A DNA stretch of 64,000 nt, taken from IMG/VR virus record IMGVR_UViG_3300002052_000213, positions 1,236 to 65,235 of that record; one strand, written 5' to 3'. Under the pieces are notes generated by a model, which searched no databases, had not been told where the DNA came from, and saw only the letters and a list, made by a program, of their open reading frames with translations. A program made the translations under genes and the position numbers. The first letter of the stretch is position 1; each line of letters starts with the position of its first letter. Below, in pieces: positions 41,160-49,961 of this stretch. This DNA is from a virus. Lineage: Duplodnaviria; Caudoviricetes.

Positions 41160-41431
41160 TTATAATGCTCCTCCAACATATCTAACATATTAAATATTGG
41201 AACTTTATCTTCTAATGCTCTCTCTGCTAACTCTGGATTTATTTGTGATAGTACTTCTACAATGAATTTCTTTCTTGCTTTACCATATGCTATCTGAATA
41301 CTAGATTCTGATTCTAATACATCATCATCTAGTATTTCTTTGCATATCATTAGCTCTCTATATCTCCTATCAGATAGATTATCCAAGTAATTTGGATTTC
41401 TTATTTTATCAGCTAAAGATAAATTCTTCAT
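41156..41431 (-). CDS. Hypothetical protein
   Basis: Coupled ORF. Confidence 0.55.
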   Translation of the reverse strand: MKNLSLADKIRNPNYLDNLSDRRYRELMICKEILDDDVLESESSIQIAYGKARKKFIVEVLSQINPELAERALEDKVPIFNMLDMLEEHYK

Positions 41432-41443
41432 GTTTACTCAACT

Positions 41444-41668
41444 TTATAGTAAATTGTCAACCTTTTTAAGATTAGTTTTACTTCTTAATAATCTCTCATA
41501 TCTCTTTCTATTTGCAACTCTAGGACATTTATGTTTTCTATGATGATAATACTTACGTTTCTCAAGCTTCCCTCTTCTTGATACTTTTTCCTCTTCTCTA
41601 AATCCTCTTTTGAACTGTAATCTATCTCTCATTTTACCTGCTTTACTTAATGATCCATGACTAGGCAT
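41444..41668 (-). CDS. rps30e: Ribosomal protein eS30 (S30e) homolog
   Basis: MPSHGSLSKAGKMR N-terminus and K.PRVANRKRYER C-terminal motif. Confidence 0.85.
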   Translation of the reverse strand: MPSHGSLSKAGKMRDRLQFKRGFREEEKVSRRGKLEKRKYYHHRKHKCPRVANRKRYERLLRSKTNLKKVDNLL

Positions 41669-41848
41669 TGTCTATTTTACCATCCTTTCTAATAATGAAA
41701 TAATTCTATTTAACAAATTACATACATCATTTAATGTTTTTGTTGTATATTCTTCTGCACATATTGGACAATAATCTACTCCTACAAAGTCTCCATGTTT
41801 TAAACATTTAATCCATTTATATTCTTCATTATTAAATATATTTTCCAA

Positions 41849-42994
41849 TTAATCCACTTTCACTTTCTCTATTTCTTCTAGATGTTTAAGTAACTTCTCA
41901 GCATAATATCTCATGTTTTTATATTCTAATGCAGAGTCTTCAAGTTCATCAGTATATACATCTGGATCTGGTTTTATAGGAATAACACCTACTTCATTAT
42001 CAAAGAATAAATACATAAGTACTCCACTTGGTCTTTGACTAATAGTTTTCTCCCATCTTTGAAATGCACCAGTACTATCTAATATGAATGATTCAAAGTT
42101 CATATCTGTAGATAACCAATGATAGTGACCTATACATACTCTCTCTATTGGTATTCCTTTAAGTCTATATTGACCTATTATTTTCCATACATCTCTAATT
42201 AAATCATAACTTATTGGATAGTAAGCATTAGAACCATATCCATGAGTGAAAAGTATATTAAAATTTCCTAAGTCTTCTCCAATGTTATATATCATATGAT
42301 GTCCACCATACTTTACATTATCCATAGCTCTTTTAATATACATAGCATAATTCTCTGCTAACTTCTCATGTGTACCTTTAATAATGAAAACATCATTCAC
42401 TTCAAGTGTTTTACTTATTTGATCTATAGTGTCCTTAATCACCATTTCTGCTAATGCTGTTTGCCAATGACCTCTAGAAGTTATTGTTCTAACTTCTTGT
42501 AATCTAAATACTCCTCTTCCACATACAATATCTCCATTCAATATTATATTTATATGTGGAATGTTAAAAGTAGATGTTAATACTTTAAGAACTAATTTTA
42601 CATTATGAATTGTTGACCAATAAGTTAATGGTAAATGATCAGTATCACCAAGATGTAAATCACTTATAACTAGAGTTACTCTAGCTTCTCCAGTTTTATT
42701 CTTTTCAAATGCTTTAATGGGAATTGGTACAAAAATACTTTTTCTATCTTTAAACTTATATTTTAATGGTTTAAGTTTCTTAAGATCTTCTAAAAGTATT
42801 TCTCGTATTTCTTCATCAGTAAATTCATCTGTAGTTTCTTGTTCTTTTCTAGGAATATTCCATTTATACATTCTTCTTGAAATAGTTGATCTTGCACAAC
42901 CATACATGTTTGCTATTTCAGTCATAGTTTTATCTTCTTTCCAATATAGTTTAAGTAATTCTTCTTTACTTAAATCTTCTAAATTTAATGCCAT
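41849..42994 (-). CDS. HTH plus calcineurin-like metallophosphoesterase
   Basis: N-terminal HTH; SDLHLG, NGDIV, GTHE, FTHG, GHYH. Confidence 0.8.
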   Translation of the reverse strand: MALNLEDLSKEELLKLYWKEDKTMTEIANMYGCARSTISRRMYKWNIPRKEQETTDEFTDEEIREILLEDLKKLKPLKYKFKDRKSIFVPIPIKAFEKNKTGEARVTLVISDLHLGDTDHLPLTYWSTIHNVKLVLKVLTSTFNIPHINIILNGDIVCGRGVFRLQEVRTITSRGHWQTALAEMVIKDTIDQISKTLEVNDVFIIKGTHEKLAENYAMYIKRAMDNVKYGGHHMIYNIGEDLGNFNILFTHGYGSNAYYPISYDLIRDVWKIIGQYRLKGIPIERVCIGHYHWLSTDMNFESFILDSTGAFQRWEKTISQRPSGVLMYLFFDNEVGVIPIKPDPDVYTDELEDSALEYKNMRYYAEKLLKHLEEIEKVKVD

Positions 42995-42998
42995 ATTA

Positions 42999-43148
42999 TC
43001 ACTTCTTATCTAATTCTTGTATAACTTGTATAAGGTACTTTTGGAATTTACAATCTGAAGGACAATCAACTAGTGAGTAAGGACATAAATCTAAACACAC
43101 ATACTTGCTTATTTTCTTTAAGATTGCATATATTTCCTTATTGCTCAC
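42999..43148 (-). CDS. Small Cys-containing protein (49 aa, not in ORF track)
   Basis: GTG-start ORF with C..LC....DC...C filling the gap. Confidence 0.4.
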   Translation of the reverse strand: MSNKEIYAILKKISKYVCLDLCPYSLVDCPSDCKFQKYLIQVIQELDKK

Positions 43149-43482
43149 TTTTATACTCCTCTAACAATTTTTTCCACTCTTCAACCCCTTTAAACCCATA
43201 TTTATCCTTTCTATTCCAATTCTTATATAGTTTATCCTTAAATACTTTATCAGGATCTAATTCAGGACAATAGAGCCTCCAAGCATCTAGACACATAAAG
43301 AATATATCTATTATTTCTTCTGCTACATCCTCTTTAGGTAATCCCTTTCTCCATTTACTAGCTACTTCTCCTATCTCTGAACTAGCATTAAGTAATTTTA
43401 TAGGAACAAATATAGGATGATTTCCATGTCCTTTAGCTTTTACTAATTTACCTATTTCTTCCATCATTTCTTTAAGATGCAT
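43138..43482 (-). CDS. MazG-like nucleotide pyrophosphohydrolase
   Basis: SEIGEVA...AEEIIDI...K..KN..R. Confidence 0.8.
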   Translation of the reverse strand: MHLKEMMEEIGKLVKAKGHGNHPIFVPIKLLNASSEIGEVASKWRKGLPKEDVAEEIIDIFFMCLDAWRLYCPELDPDKVFKDKLYKNWNRKDKYGFKGVEEWKKLLEEYKSEQ

Positions 43483-43591
43483 CTATTTCACCTATACCAT
43501 TACATTCTTCACAAGTATATGCCTTTTTATTATCAAACAAGGTTCCAGTTCCTTTACACTTAGGACATTTCTTTTTAAATTTAAAATTCAA
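43472..43591 (-). CDS. 39-aa DnaJ-type zinc-finger microprotein (not in ORF track)
   Basis: CPKCKGTG...CEECNGIG. Confidence 0.6.
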   Translation of the reverse strand: MNFKFKKKCPKCKGTGTLFDNKKAYTCEECNGIGEIDAS

Positions 43592-43790
43592 TCCATCCTT
43601 CTTTAGCTTGGAAATTTGATTCTTCACCAGAAATCACTTTTCGTATGCACTCAACACAAACACTCTTCATCATGCGTAAATCAGTCTCAAAGTAGCAGTT
43701 TGGGCATAGTTTATGTTGTTCATCAATCTTATCTCCAATTTTAATATAATAATCACATTTAAGATATTTCATATTTAAATCCACCACCAA
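43581..43790 (-). CDS. Small Cys-rich hypothetical protein
   Basis: CPNC, CVEC. Confidence 0.5.
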   Translation of the reverse strand: MVVDLNMKYLKCDYYIKIGDKIDEQHKLCPNCYFETDLRMMKSVCVECIRKVISGEESNFQAKEGWIEF

Positions 43791-43927
43791 ATATTCTTTT
43801 CATAAAATGAACTATCTATACTATAGTAATCACATTTATTACATTGACTCCAGTGAGTCCATTCATCAAAGCTCTTTCTCCATCCTCTATCTCTTATACT
43901 TTTACTTCCGCATTCAGGACATTTCAT
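43775..43927 (-). CDS. 50-aa zinc-ribbon protein (not in ORF track)
   Basis: MKCPECGS...CNKCDY. Confidence 0.55.
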   Translation of the reverse strand: MKCPECGSKSIRDRGWRKSFDEWTHWSQCNKCDYYSIDSSFYEKNIWWWI

Positions 43928-44047
43928 ATTAACAACCAATCCCATTTAAGATACAATAGATTGTAACTATTATTATTATTATGATTATAAGGAATCCCAC
44001 TAAAATAGATGGATCTTCTCTTATTTTATATCTTAAATTTTTTCTAC

Positions 44048-44524
44048 TCATTGTGATTTTAAGCTCCGTAACCCATATTGTATAATCTTAATATTAGGAC
44101 ATAATTCTCTTAACCATTTAATAATATCTGGAGTATCTTCAAAGTACACTTCTACTTTTTCTTCTTTTAATATCTTAGCTTTCTTCTCTGCTAATTTCTT
44201 AAACCATGTATCTAATTCTTTCTTACTAAATTGTCCAAATGGTGCTCTATGATTACAGAATATTAACTTATTATAACTTATTTTATTTCTCTTTAACCAT
44301 TCTTTAGTAGTTTCTTTAAGATAATTAGGTCTTCCTGTAATTAATATCACTTTATCATTAGGAAAGTTAGATATTAACTGAGGATCTAACTCTAATTTTC
44401 TATATGCATAATAATATTTCTCTATATTATCTCTAGCCTCTTTATCTGTTAATGAATCTATTACTCTTAACATAGGTAAATCTATATCAGCTATAACTCC
44501 GTCAATGTCTACTCCAATTATCAG
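44048..44524 (-). CDS. HAD-superfamily nucleotidase/phosphatase, CTG start
   Basis: Motif I IGVDIDGVIAD lies 5' of the tracked ATG; ITGR, K, FEDT; CTG at 44524 with AGGTGA RBS. Confidence 0.75.
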   Translation of the reverse strand: MIIGVDIDGVIADIDLPMLRVIDSLTDKEARDNIEKYYYAYRKLELDPQLISNFPNDKVILITGRPNYLKETTKEWLKRNKISYNKLIFCNHRAPFGQFSKKELDTWFKKLAEKKAKILKEEKVEVYFEDTPDIIKWLRELCPNIKIIQYGLRSLKSQ

Positions 44525-45075
44525 TTAAATATCACCTTCTTTCTACTTGCTATATAATCAGCTACACATAATATATATCCCAATAAGTCATCAGGTTCTG
44601 GACAATATTTATTTAACCAATGTGACATATGAGTAGATATTATTCTAGCTATTTTAAATAATCTCCAATCTGGATTTTTAGTTTCTAATATATATTTTCC
44701 AACTATAAAAGATGAAAGTAAAGGATGATAAAAGTATGCTTCATTACTTCTCCATAGCTTACCCACATATAATTTCTGAAACTCTTTATCATTATGTTCT
44801 TCTGATATAAATATACAATTAGAAATATCATGTAATATACTAGCAGATATAAGAATATCTCTTTCATCACCTTGAATATTAAATTCTCTCATAAGTTCAT
44901 ATAAAATATCTAACACTTCTTCTATATGTTTTTCCTGAGACTCTCCATGATGATATTCCCTAGATATAGAACTTGGAATACTTTTCATTTTATCTGTATA
45001 TTCACCTAGTATGTAAGAAGTCATAGTGTATACTTCTTTATTATAGATATCTTTTAAAGCATCTTCTATTTTCAA
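44521..45075 (-). CDS. HD-domain phosphohydrolase
   Basis: YHHG..H, ILHDI, HP, THM, VADYIAS. Confidence 0.8.
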   Translation of the reverse strand: MKIEDALKDIYNKEVYTMTSYILGEYTDKMKSIPSSISREYHHGESQEKHIEEVLDILYELMREFNIQGDERDILISASILHDISNCIFISEEHNDKEFQKLYVGKLWRSNEAYFYHPLLSSFIVGKYILETKNPDWRLFKIARIISTHMSHWLNKYCPEPDDLLGYILCVADYIASRKKVIFN

Positions 45076-45077
45076 TA

Positions 45078-45407
45078 TTATGTTCTCCAGAAATCATCAT
45101 CCATAAATCTTCTCATCATATCTAAGATATCTTGTGATGGTCTTCTAACTATTCTTTTATACTTCTGAAATGCTTTATCCATAGGTTCTCTACTCCATCT
45201 TTCTTTTCCACTAGTTTCAAAATCTCTTAAATCTGATAATAGTTCTCCTATTACCCATGCCCAATAGTCTTCATTATCTTTATCTTGTTCTTTCTTCTCT
45301 ACTGCTTCTTCTATATGTTGTTTAACTGTTTCTCTATATTCCAATTTTATTTCTCCAGTATGTGATCTATTGAACTTTTTAATGCTTCCTTTATAGTAAT
45401 GTGCCAA
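45078..45407 (-). CDS. Hypothetical protein
   Basis: Co-oriented ORF. Confidence 0.5.
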   Translation of the reverse strand: MAHYYKGSIKKFNRSHTGEIKLEYRETVKQHIEEAVEKKEQDKDNEDYWAWVIGELLSDLRDFETSGKERWSREPMDKAFQKYKRIVRRPSQDILDMMRRFMDDDFWRT

Positions 45408-45814
45408 ATTCCACCATGTTTCTTCTCTTTAAGATCTTTAACTCCACAATAGTTCAATAATCTACTACAAATGGTACAAGCAAAGAAATTAGATTTCCAT
45501 AAACTACCATCAGGTCTTCTTCCTATAATGTATAGTGTAGAACCTTTAACCATATTAGGTTTATTCCTTAAAGCATCTATTAATGTCATCCATTCACTAT
45601 GAATAGCATAACATAGTGCAGAATTCTTTCCTACTTCTAAATTCTTTATCTTATTTTTTATACAGTAAGTAGCACATTCTGGATTCAGAGCATAGTTATG
45701 TCCTCTACCTATCACTACTCCATCTTTCACTAAGCAACTACCAAAGTGTATTAGACAACAATTAGATTTTAATAGTTCTTCTTCACATATATTCCAGAAA
45801 AAATCTTCATTCAT
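45347..45814 (-). CDS. dCMP/cytidine deaminase-family protein
   Basis: S.C...FGS.LVKDG.VIG.G.N, IHSE, CTIC. Confidence 0.8.
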   Translation of the reverse strand: MNEDFFWNICEEELLKSNCCLIHFGSCLVKDGVVIGRGHNYALNPECATYCIKNKIKNLEVGKNSALCYAIHSEWMTLIDALRNKPNMVKGSTLYIIGRRPDGSLWKSNFFACTICSRLLNYCGVKDLKEKKHGGIWHITIKEALKSSIDHILEK

Positions 45815-45823
45815 ATCTATACC

Positions 45824-46006
45824 TCAATATACTTTAGTCATTTCTCCAAATCTTTTACTATAAACTTTATTACCACATTTTGTATGAGTCATTATCATTG
45901 TTCCACACATAGGACAGAATTCTTCCTTAATTTCAGTAGGATGAATCCATCCACATTTAATGCATTCATATACTCTATGTGGAGGCATTATTCCCTTTCT
46001 CATCAA
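45824..46006 (-). CDS. Zinc-ribbon protein
   Basis: CIKCG...CPMCG. Confidence 0.55.
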   Translation of the reverse strand: MMRKGIMPPHRVYECIKCGWIHPTEIKEEFCPMCGTMIMTHTKCGNKVYSKRFGEMTKVY

Positions 46007-46334
46007 TATAACACTCCTTCTTTAAGTCTAAATAATTACTTTCATCTAAATATGTATCCATAAGAGATTCATTCATAGGATCAGTTCCTTCATTCCAGAA
46101 ATTCAATTGTCTTATTATCTTATGTATCTGATGCCATAAAGCAGTACCATAAGATTTTTCTAATGGTATCCTATATCCATGCTTCATTAGTACTGCTTGT
46201 ATATCAGCCATTACTTTAAAGTTAGCTAATATATCAGCATCTATCTTAGCATAGTCATGTCCTTTAGCTTCTCTTATCTTCATTCTTTTTTCAAAGTCTT
46301 CTCTTTCTATTTTTAATGCTTCTTCTATTTTCAT
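45975..46334 (-). CDS. DUF1599/nucleotide-modification-associated-like protein
   Basis: KGHDY...NF...K..R...ES..DT..D..NY. Confidence 0.55.
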   Translation of the reverse strand: MKIEEALKIEREDFEKRMKIREAKGHDYAKIDADILANFKVMADIQAVLMKHGYRIPLEKSYGTALWHQIHKIIRQLNFWNEGTDPMNESLMDTYLDESNYLDLKKECYIDEKGNNAST

Positions 46335-46336
46335 AT

Positions 46337-46564
46337 CTAACTCTTCTCTATCATTTTTAAAACATAATCTATTTCTTCTTTTACTCTATCTTCTTCTGCT
46401 ATCAATCTTTCTAATCTTTTTTGTAGTATATCTATTCTTCTCTGTCCCCATACAGGGATTGGTATTTTAAGAATAGTACCACATTTGTAACATTTAATTT
46501 CTTTCATGTCAACTACTATTTCTTCTATCTCTGATTCTTTATCTTCTTTTATAGGTTTATTCAT
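46337..46564 (-). CDS. Zinc-ribbon/coiled-coil hypothetical protein
   Basis: CYKCG. Confidence 0.5.
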   Translation of the reverse strand: MNKPIKEDKESEIEEIVVDMKEIKCYKCGTILKIPIPVWGQRRIDILQKRLERLIAEEDRVKEEIDYVLKMIEKS

Positions 46565-46565
46565 A

Positions 46566-47093
46566 TTATTTCCTTCTTCTTAACTGCCATATTTCTATAT
46601 CTAATTCATAAGGATTTTTATTCAACTCTTCACATTTCTTAAGAAATTCGATTTCTAATTTTTTATAGGATTGTTCTTCGATTCCTTGTTCTTTTAACCA
46701 ATTTCTAATATGCCTATCTATAACAGCTACTTTATCTCCTCTAGTGTTTCTTAAAAACATAGAAGCTAACTTTAATCCAATTCCTCTTACTTTTGATATT
46801 AATTCATCTCTAGATATGTTCCTTAAATCTATAGTAGAGTTTCCAAATTCTTTAATATATGTACTTGTTTGATTTGGAAATCTATGTCCATTCTTCTTCA
46901 ATATTTCTCTGATTTCATTTAATGTTTTATTTTTAATAGAATCTCTAATTGTCATATCATAAGAATCTAATTCATCAAATATTTCACAAACTCTTGTATA
47001 AGGCATTGCTCTATCAAGTAAACAAAATACAAGAAATTTATCAAGTTCTTTATCTGTAAAATGTTTAACTTTATCTATATCATGAAGACTCAT
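46566..47093 (-). CDS. ogg: 8-oxoguanine DNA glycosylase/AP lyase (OGG2-type, HhH)
   Basis: GHRFPN, RDELISKVRGIGLKLASMFLRN, AVIDRHI, ELDIEIW. Confidence 0.82.
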   Translation of the reverse strand: MSLHDIDKVKHFTDKELDKFLVFCLLDRAMPYTRVCEIFDELDSYDMTIRDSIKNKTLNEIREILKKNGHRFPNQTSTYIKEFGNSTIDLRNISRDELISKVRGIGLKLASMFLRNTRGDKVAVIDRHIRNWLKEQGIEEQSYKKLEIEFLKKCEELNKNPYELDIEIWQLRRRK

Positions 47094-47436
47094 AATTCAT
47101 ATCTCTAATGTCTGATTCTTTTATTAAAACTCTAGGAACATTAAACATAATTTCTATACTTTTCTTAAACTCATTCAATCTATTATAATTATACCAGTAA
47201 AATTTAATTACAAAGTTTTTATACCTATGTTCAGTAAGTAAGCTATATAATTTATCTATCTCATAAGTTTCACAGCAATTAATATGAACATATGGTTCAG
47301 GATAATGTCCACAGCTACAAGTAGTATTAAATCCATTATTTCTAAGTAACTTCACAAGATTTCTAAGTGGTTCTTCTATTTTTAATTTATACCAATCTTC
47401 ATTTTCCAATTTATTCAAGTGTTCCTGAAATATCAA
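47080..47436 (-). CDS. Hypothetical protein
   Basis: LRNNGFNTTCSCGH motif; family not recognised. Confidence 0.5.
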   Translation of the reverse strand: MIFQEHLNKLENEDWYKLKIEEPLRNLVKLLRNNGFNTTCSCGHYPEPYVHINCCETYEIDKLYSLLTEHRYKNFVIKFYWYNYNRLNEFKKSIEIMFNVPRVLIKESDIRDMNYESS

Positions 47437-47614
47437 ATTCTTTTGTCTGTAATCTTTTCTTTGGTTCTGGAATTATAAAAGTCTTTAGTTTCTTAAGTTT
47501 CTTATTGTATTCTTTATATCTATAAGTTAATAATTCTCTCCACAATGGGCAATATTCACAATCTGTAGGTACTACTTCTAAATGACATTCTATCTCATAA
47601 TATCTACATTTCAT
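47411..47614 (-). CDS. Small Cys-rich hypothetical protein
   Basis: C..C..CEYCP. Confidence 0.45.
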   Translation of the reverse strand: MKCRYYEIECHLEVVPTDCEYCPLWRELLTYRYKEYNKKLKKLKTFIIPEPKKRLQTKEFDISGTLE

Positions 47615-49046
47615 TCCTAAGCCTTTCCGTTAATTCTTCCATAAATTCCTCTGCATCTTCAGGAGGTCTTTCTCTTACTTCTTTTTCTGGTTCTTCTTCT
47701 GGTAACTTACCAGTTTTCTTCCATTCATATATCATATCATCTAACATACTTGTTGGTAGATCTTCTAATTGTCTTAAATGTTTCTCTAACTCTGGATCAT
47801 ATTTAATTAGTGCTCTTCTAGCTAATGTAGCTATTCTTCTAGCTTTAGCTAAAGTAGTAGCAGGTATTTTAGATTTAAATTTCATAGCAGTAAGATTTTC
47901 TCTAGGTATTCCATTAGCATCCATATATTTGTAAAATATTTTTTCTAATATTTGATCAGCTAATCTTACTTGTAATGCTTCTACTCTATATTCAAATTCT
48001 ATAGCTTTAACATCTGCATATGCTGTTCTTCCTGTTTGTGGTGGCTCCATTACTAGTGATACAGATTTACCTAATCCTGTACACATAATGTCAGCATAGT
48101 AATAAAGTAATCTTTCACTTCCTGTAAGATCTGGAGAAGGTAATCTTTCTACTTGGATTTTATTTATTCCTTTAAAGGTAAATATATTATCTGTTTCTAT
48201 ATCCTCAAATTCTTCTGCTATCTTATCTACTTGTTCATTAGTTGGAACTACGTTTTCATCTCCTACTGTAATTATTAATCCACCACTTCTATATGCTCCT
48301 TCACCTACATTTCTAGAAATATTTAATCTAATAATAGCTTGTCTATAAGTTGATTCTAAAGGAGTACATCCTAGAAATGATTCTCCTAATCCCCATAACT
48401 TAAAATGAGAAATTCTATCTCTACCATCACTTCTTACTCTTATGTTCTTTTCTCCTACTTCTATTACATTCTTCTTCCATTTAATTTTCTCAAAATAAAT
48501 ACCACCAGATCTAACAAATCCAGTAAAGTCACCGTCTTTCTCTAATTTAACAAATCCTGTTTGTTCATCTCTAATATAATCTATGTATTTTGGATTCACT
48601 ATCTGAGCTTTTGTTATGTCTTTTTCATCAGTTGTATAACCAAGTTCTACCCATGCATTACCAGCTAAGAAGGAATCTCTAACTATTTCTTCCATTAATC
48701 TATTAAGTTTAATAGTCTTTGCCCATTCTAATAATTGTTTTACTGTTTCTTTCTCTCCTTCTAGAAAGTATCCTGGACCAATCATCCAATCTATATAATC
48801 ATTGATTACTCTAAAAGTTAAAGCATCTAAATGATATAATTTCTCTAATTTACTTAATGGAACTGTCTTAGTTACTCTTTCTTCAAGTTGTGCAAATAGA
48901 GTGCTATCATCTTTATTCTTACCTGCATGTGTAGTAACCACATATAAGTCAGATGATAATTCAGTAGTTTCTTCTTTAGGTTTTGGACTAATAGAATTTG
49001 CTAAAGTCTTACGAATACTATTGATGGCATCTCTTACTGCACTCAT
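47604..49046 (-). CDS. Portal protein
   Basis: 480 aa; DSFLAGNAWVEL, VNPKYI, HFK..GLG..FLGCTPLES, helical C-part typical of HK97/SPP1-like portals. Confidence 0.85.
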   Translation of the reverse strand: MSAVRDAINSIRKTLANSISPKPKEETTELSSDLYVVTTHAGKNKDDSTLFAQLEERVTKTVPLSKLEKLYHLDALTFRVINDYIDWMIGPGYFLEGEKETVKQLLEWAKTIKLNRLMEEIVRDSFLAGNAWVELGYTTDEKDITKAQIVNPKYIDYIRDEQTGFVKLEKDGDFTGFVRSGGIYFEKIKWKKNVIEVGEKNIRVRSDGRDRISHFKLWGLGESFLGCTPLESTYRQAIIRLNISRNVGEGAYRSGGLIITVGDENVVPTNEQVDKIAEEFEDIETDNIFTFKGINKIQVERLPSPDLTGSERLLYYYADIMCTGLGKSVSLVMEPPQTGRTAYADVKAIEFEYRVEALQVRLADQILEKIFYKYMDANGIPRENLTAMKFKSKIPATTLAKARRIATLARRALIKYDPELEKHLRQLEDLPTSMLDDMIYEWKKTGKLPEEEPEKEVRERPPEDAEEFMEELTERLRNEM

Positions 49047-49056
49047 CTATTTATTC

Positions 49057-49263
49057 CTACTTAGTTTTTAGAGTTTCTAACAGAATATCTCCTTCTCTAA
49101 GTAAAAGGTATATTCCTGCTCCAACTAAAACTCCACCTATAGCTCCAAATCCTAATGCTAATTCTATATTTCCTTGAGCATACTGATCTTGAGCTGCTGT
49201 AAGGAAAAATACACCTATAGATATAAGAGTAGTTGAAGTTGTTAGAGTAAATTTCTTCACCAT
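49057..49263 (-). CDS. Small membrane protein (2 TM)
   Basis: Two hydrophobic segments. Confidence 0.6.
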   Translation of the reverse strand: MVKKFTLTTSTTLISIGVFFLTAAQDQYAQGNIELALGFGAIGGVLVGAGIYLLLREGDILLETLKTK

Positions 49264-49278
49264 ATTTAAACCTCTTTT

Positions 49279-49728
49279 TTATATATATTTTGCTAATTTA
49301 TATCTTATTCGGTTAATACTTAAAACATAGAATAGAAACATAAGTGATATAGAGATAAAATACCAACATGGAATACAATCTCCCCAAGATAACTGTACAT
49401 AACAACCAGCACATGTCCATTCATCAGGTCTAATGAATCTTCCTAACCATACAAAATATAATCTATCTTCTACGAATGTCATTAAAGCTATATTTCCTAT
49501 ACCATAAAATAATGAAGCTAATCTATTCTTTTTCTTAATAGCATCATCTATGAAAGGATACCATGCCATTATAATAACTAACATTAACATAAAGAAATGA
49601 TATATTGATGGTTTTGGAAATAAGAAAATACTTTTGTTACTTGCTGGTAACAATATTGTTTCTATTTTTGCATACCATAATGACCATAGAATACACATAA
49701 TAGTGCTTATAGAATATTCTAATTTCAT
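49279..49728 (-). CDS. Membrane protein (~4 TM)
   Basis: Multiple hydrophobic segments. Confidence 0.6.
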   Translation of the reverse strand: MKLEYSISTIMCILWSLWYAKIETILLPASNKSIFLFPKPSIYHFFMLMLVIIMAWYPFIDDAIKKKNRLASLFYGIGNIALMTFVEDRLYFVWLGRFIRPDEWTCAGCYVQLSWGDCIPCWYFISISLMFLFYVLSINRIRYKLAKYI

Positions 49729-49961
49729 TTAACATTCACCTTATTTGATAATGTTATTAAATCTTGTATACTTAACAATATATATCCAACATAAACTATA
49801 AAGGCTCCTATTAAATAATGATGAGGAATAGGTAATCCTTCAAATGTACCACTCCAAATAGGTGAACCTAAAGTATAAGCAAATTCAAATGCTCCCCAAA
49901 GAAAAGTAAAATATCCTGCATTAAAAAGTATATGCCATATAAGCCTATACTTAAGGGACAA
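49725..49961 (-). CDS. Small membrane protein (2 TM)
   Basis: Hydrophobic segments with PHHYLIG. Confidence 0.6.
   Translation of the reverse strand: MSLKYRLIWHILFNAGYFTFLWGAFEFAYTLGSPIWSGTFEGLPIPHHYLIGAFIVYVGYILLSIQDLITLSNKVNVK

Noticed and set aside
30724-41668. Host chromosomal segment or prophage boundary
   Set aside because: Flanked on both sides by virion genes, same strand and similar composition, no integrase or att-like repeat seen
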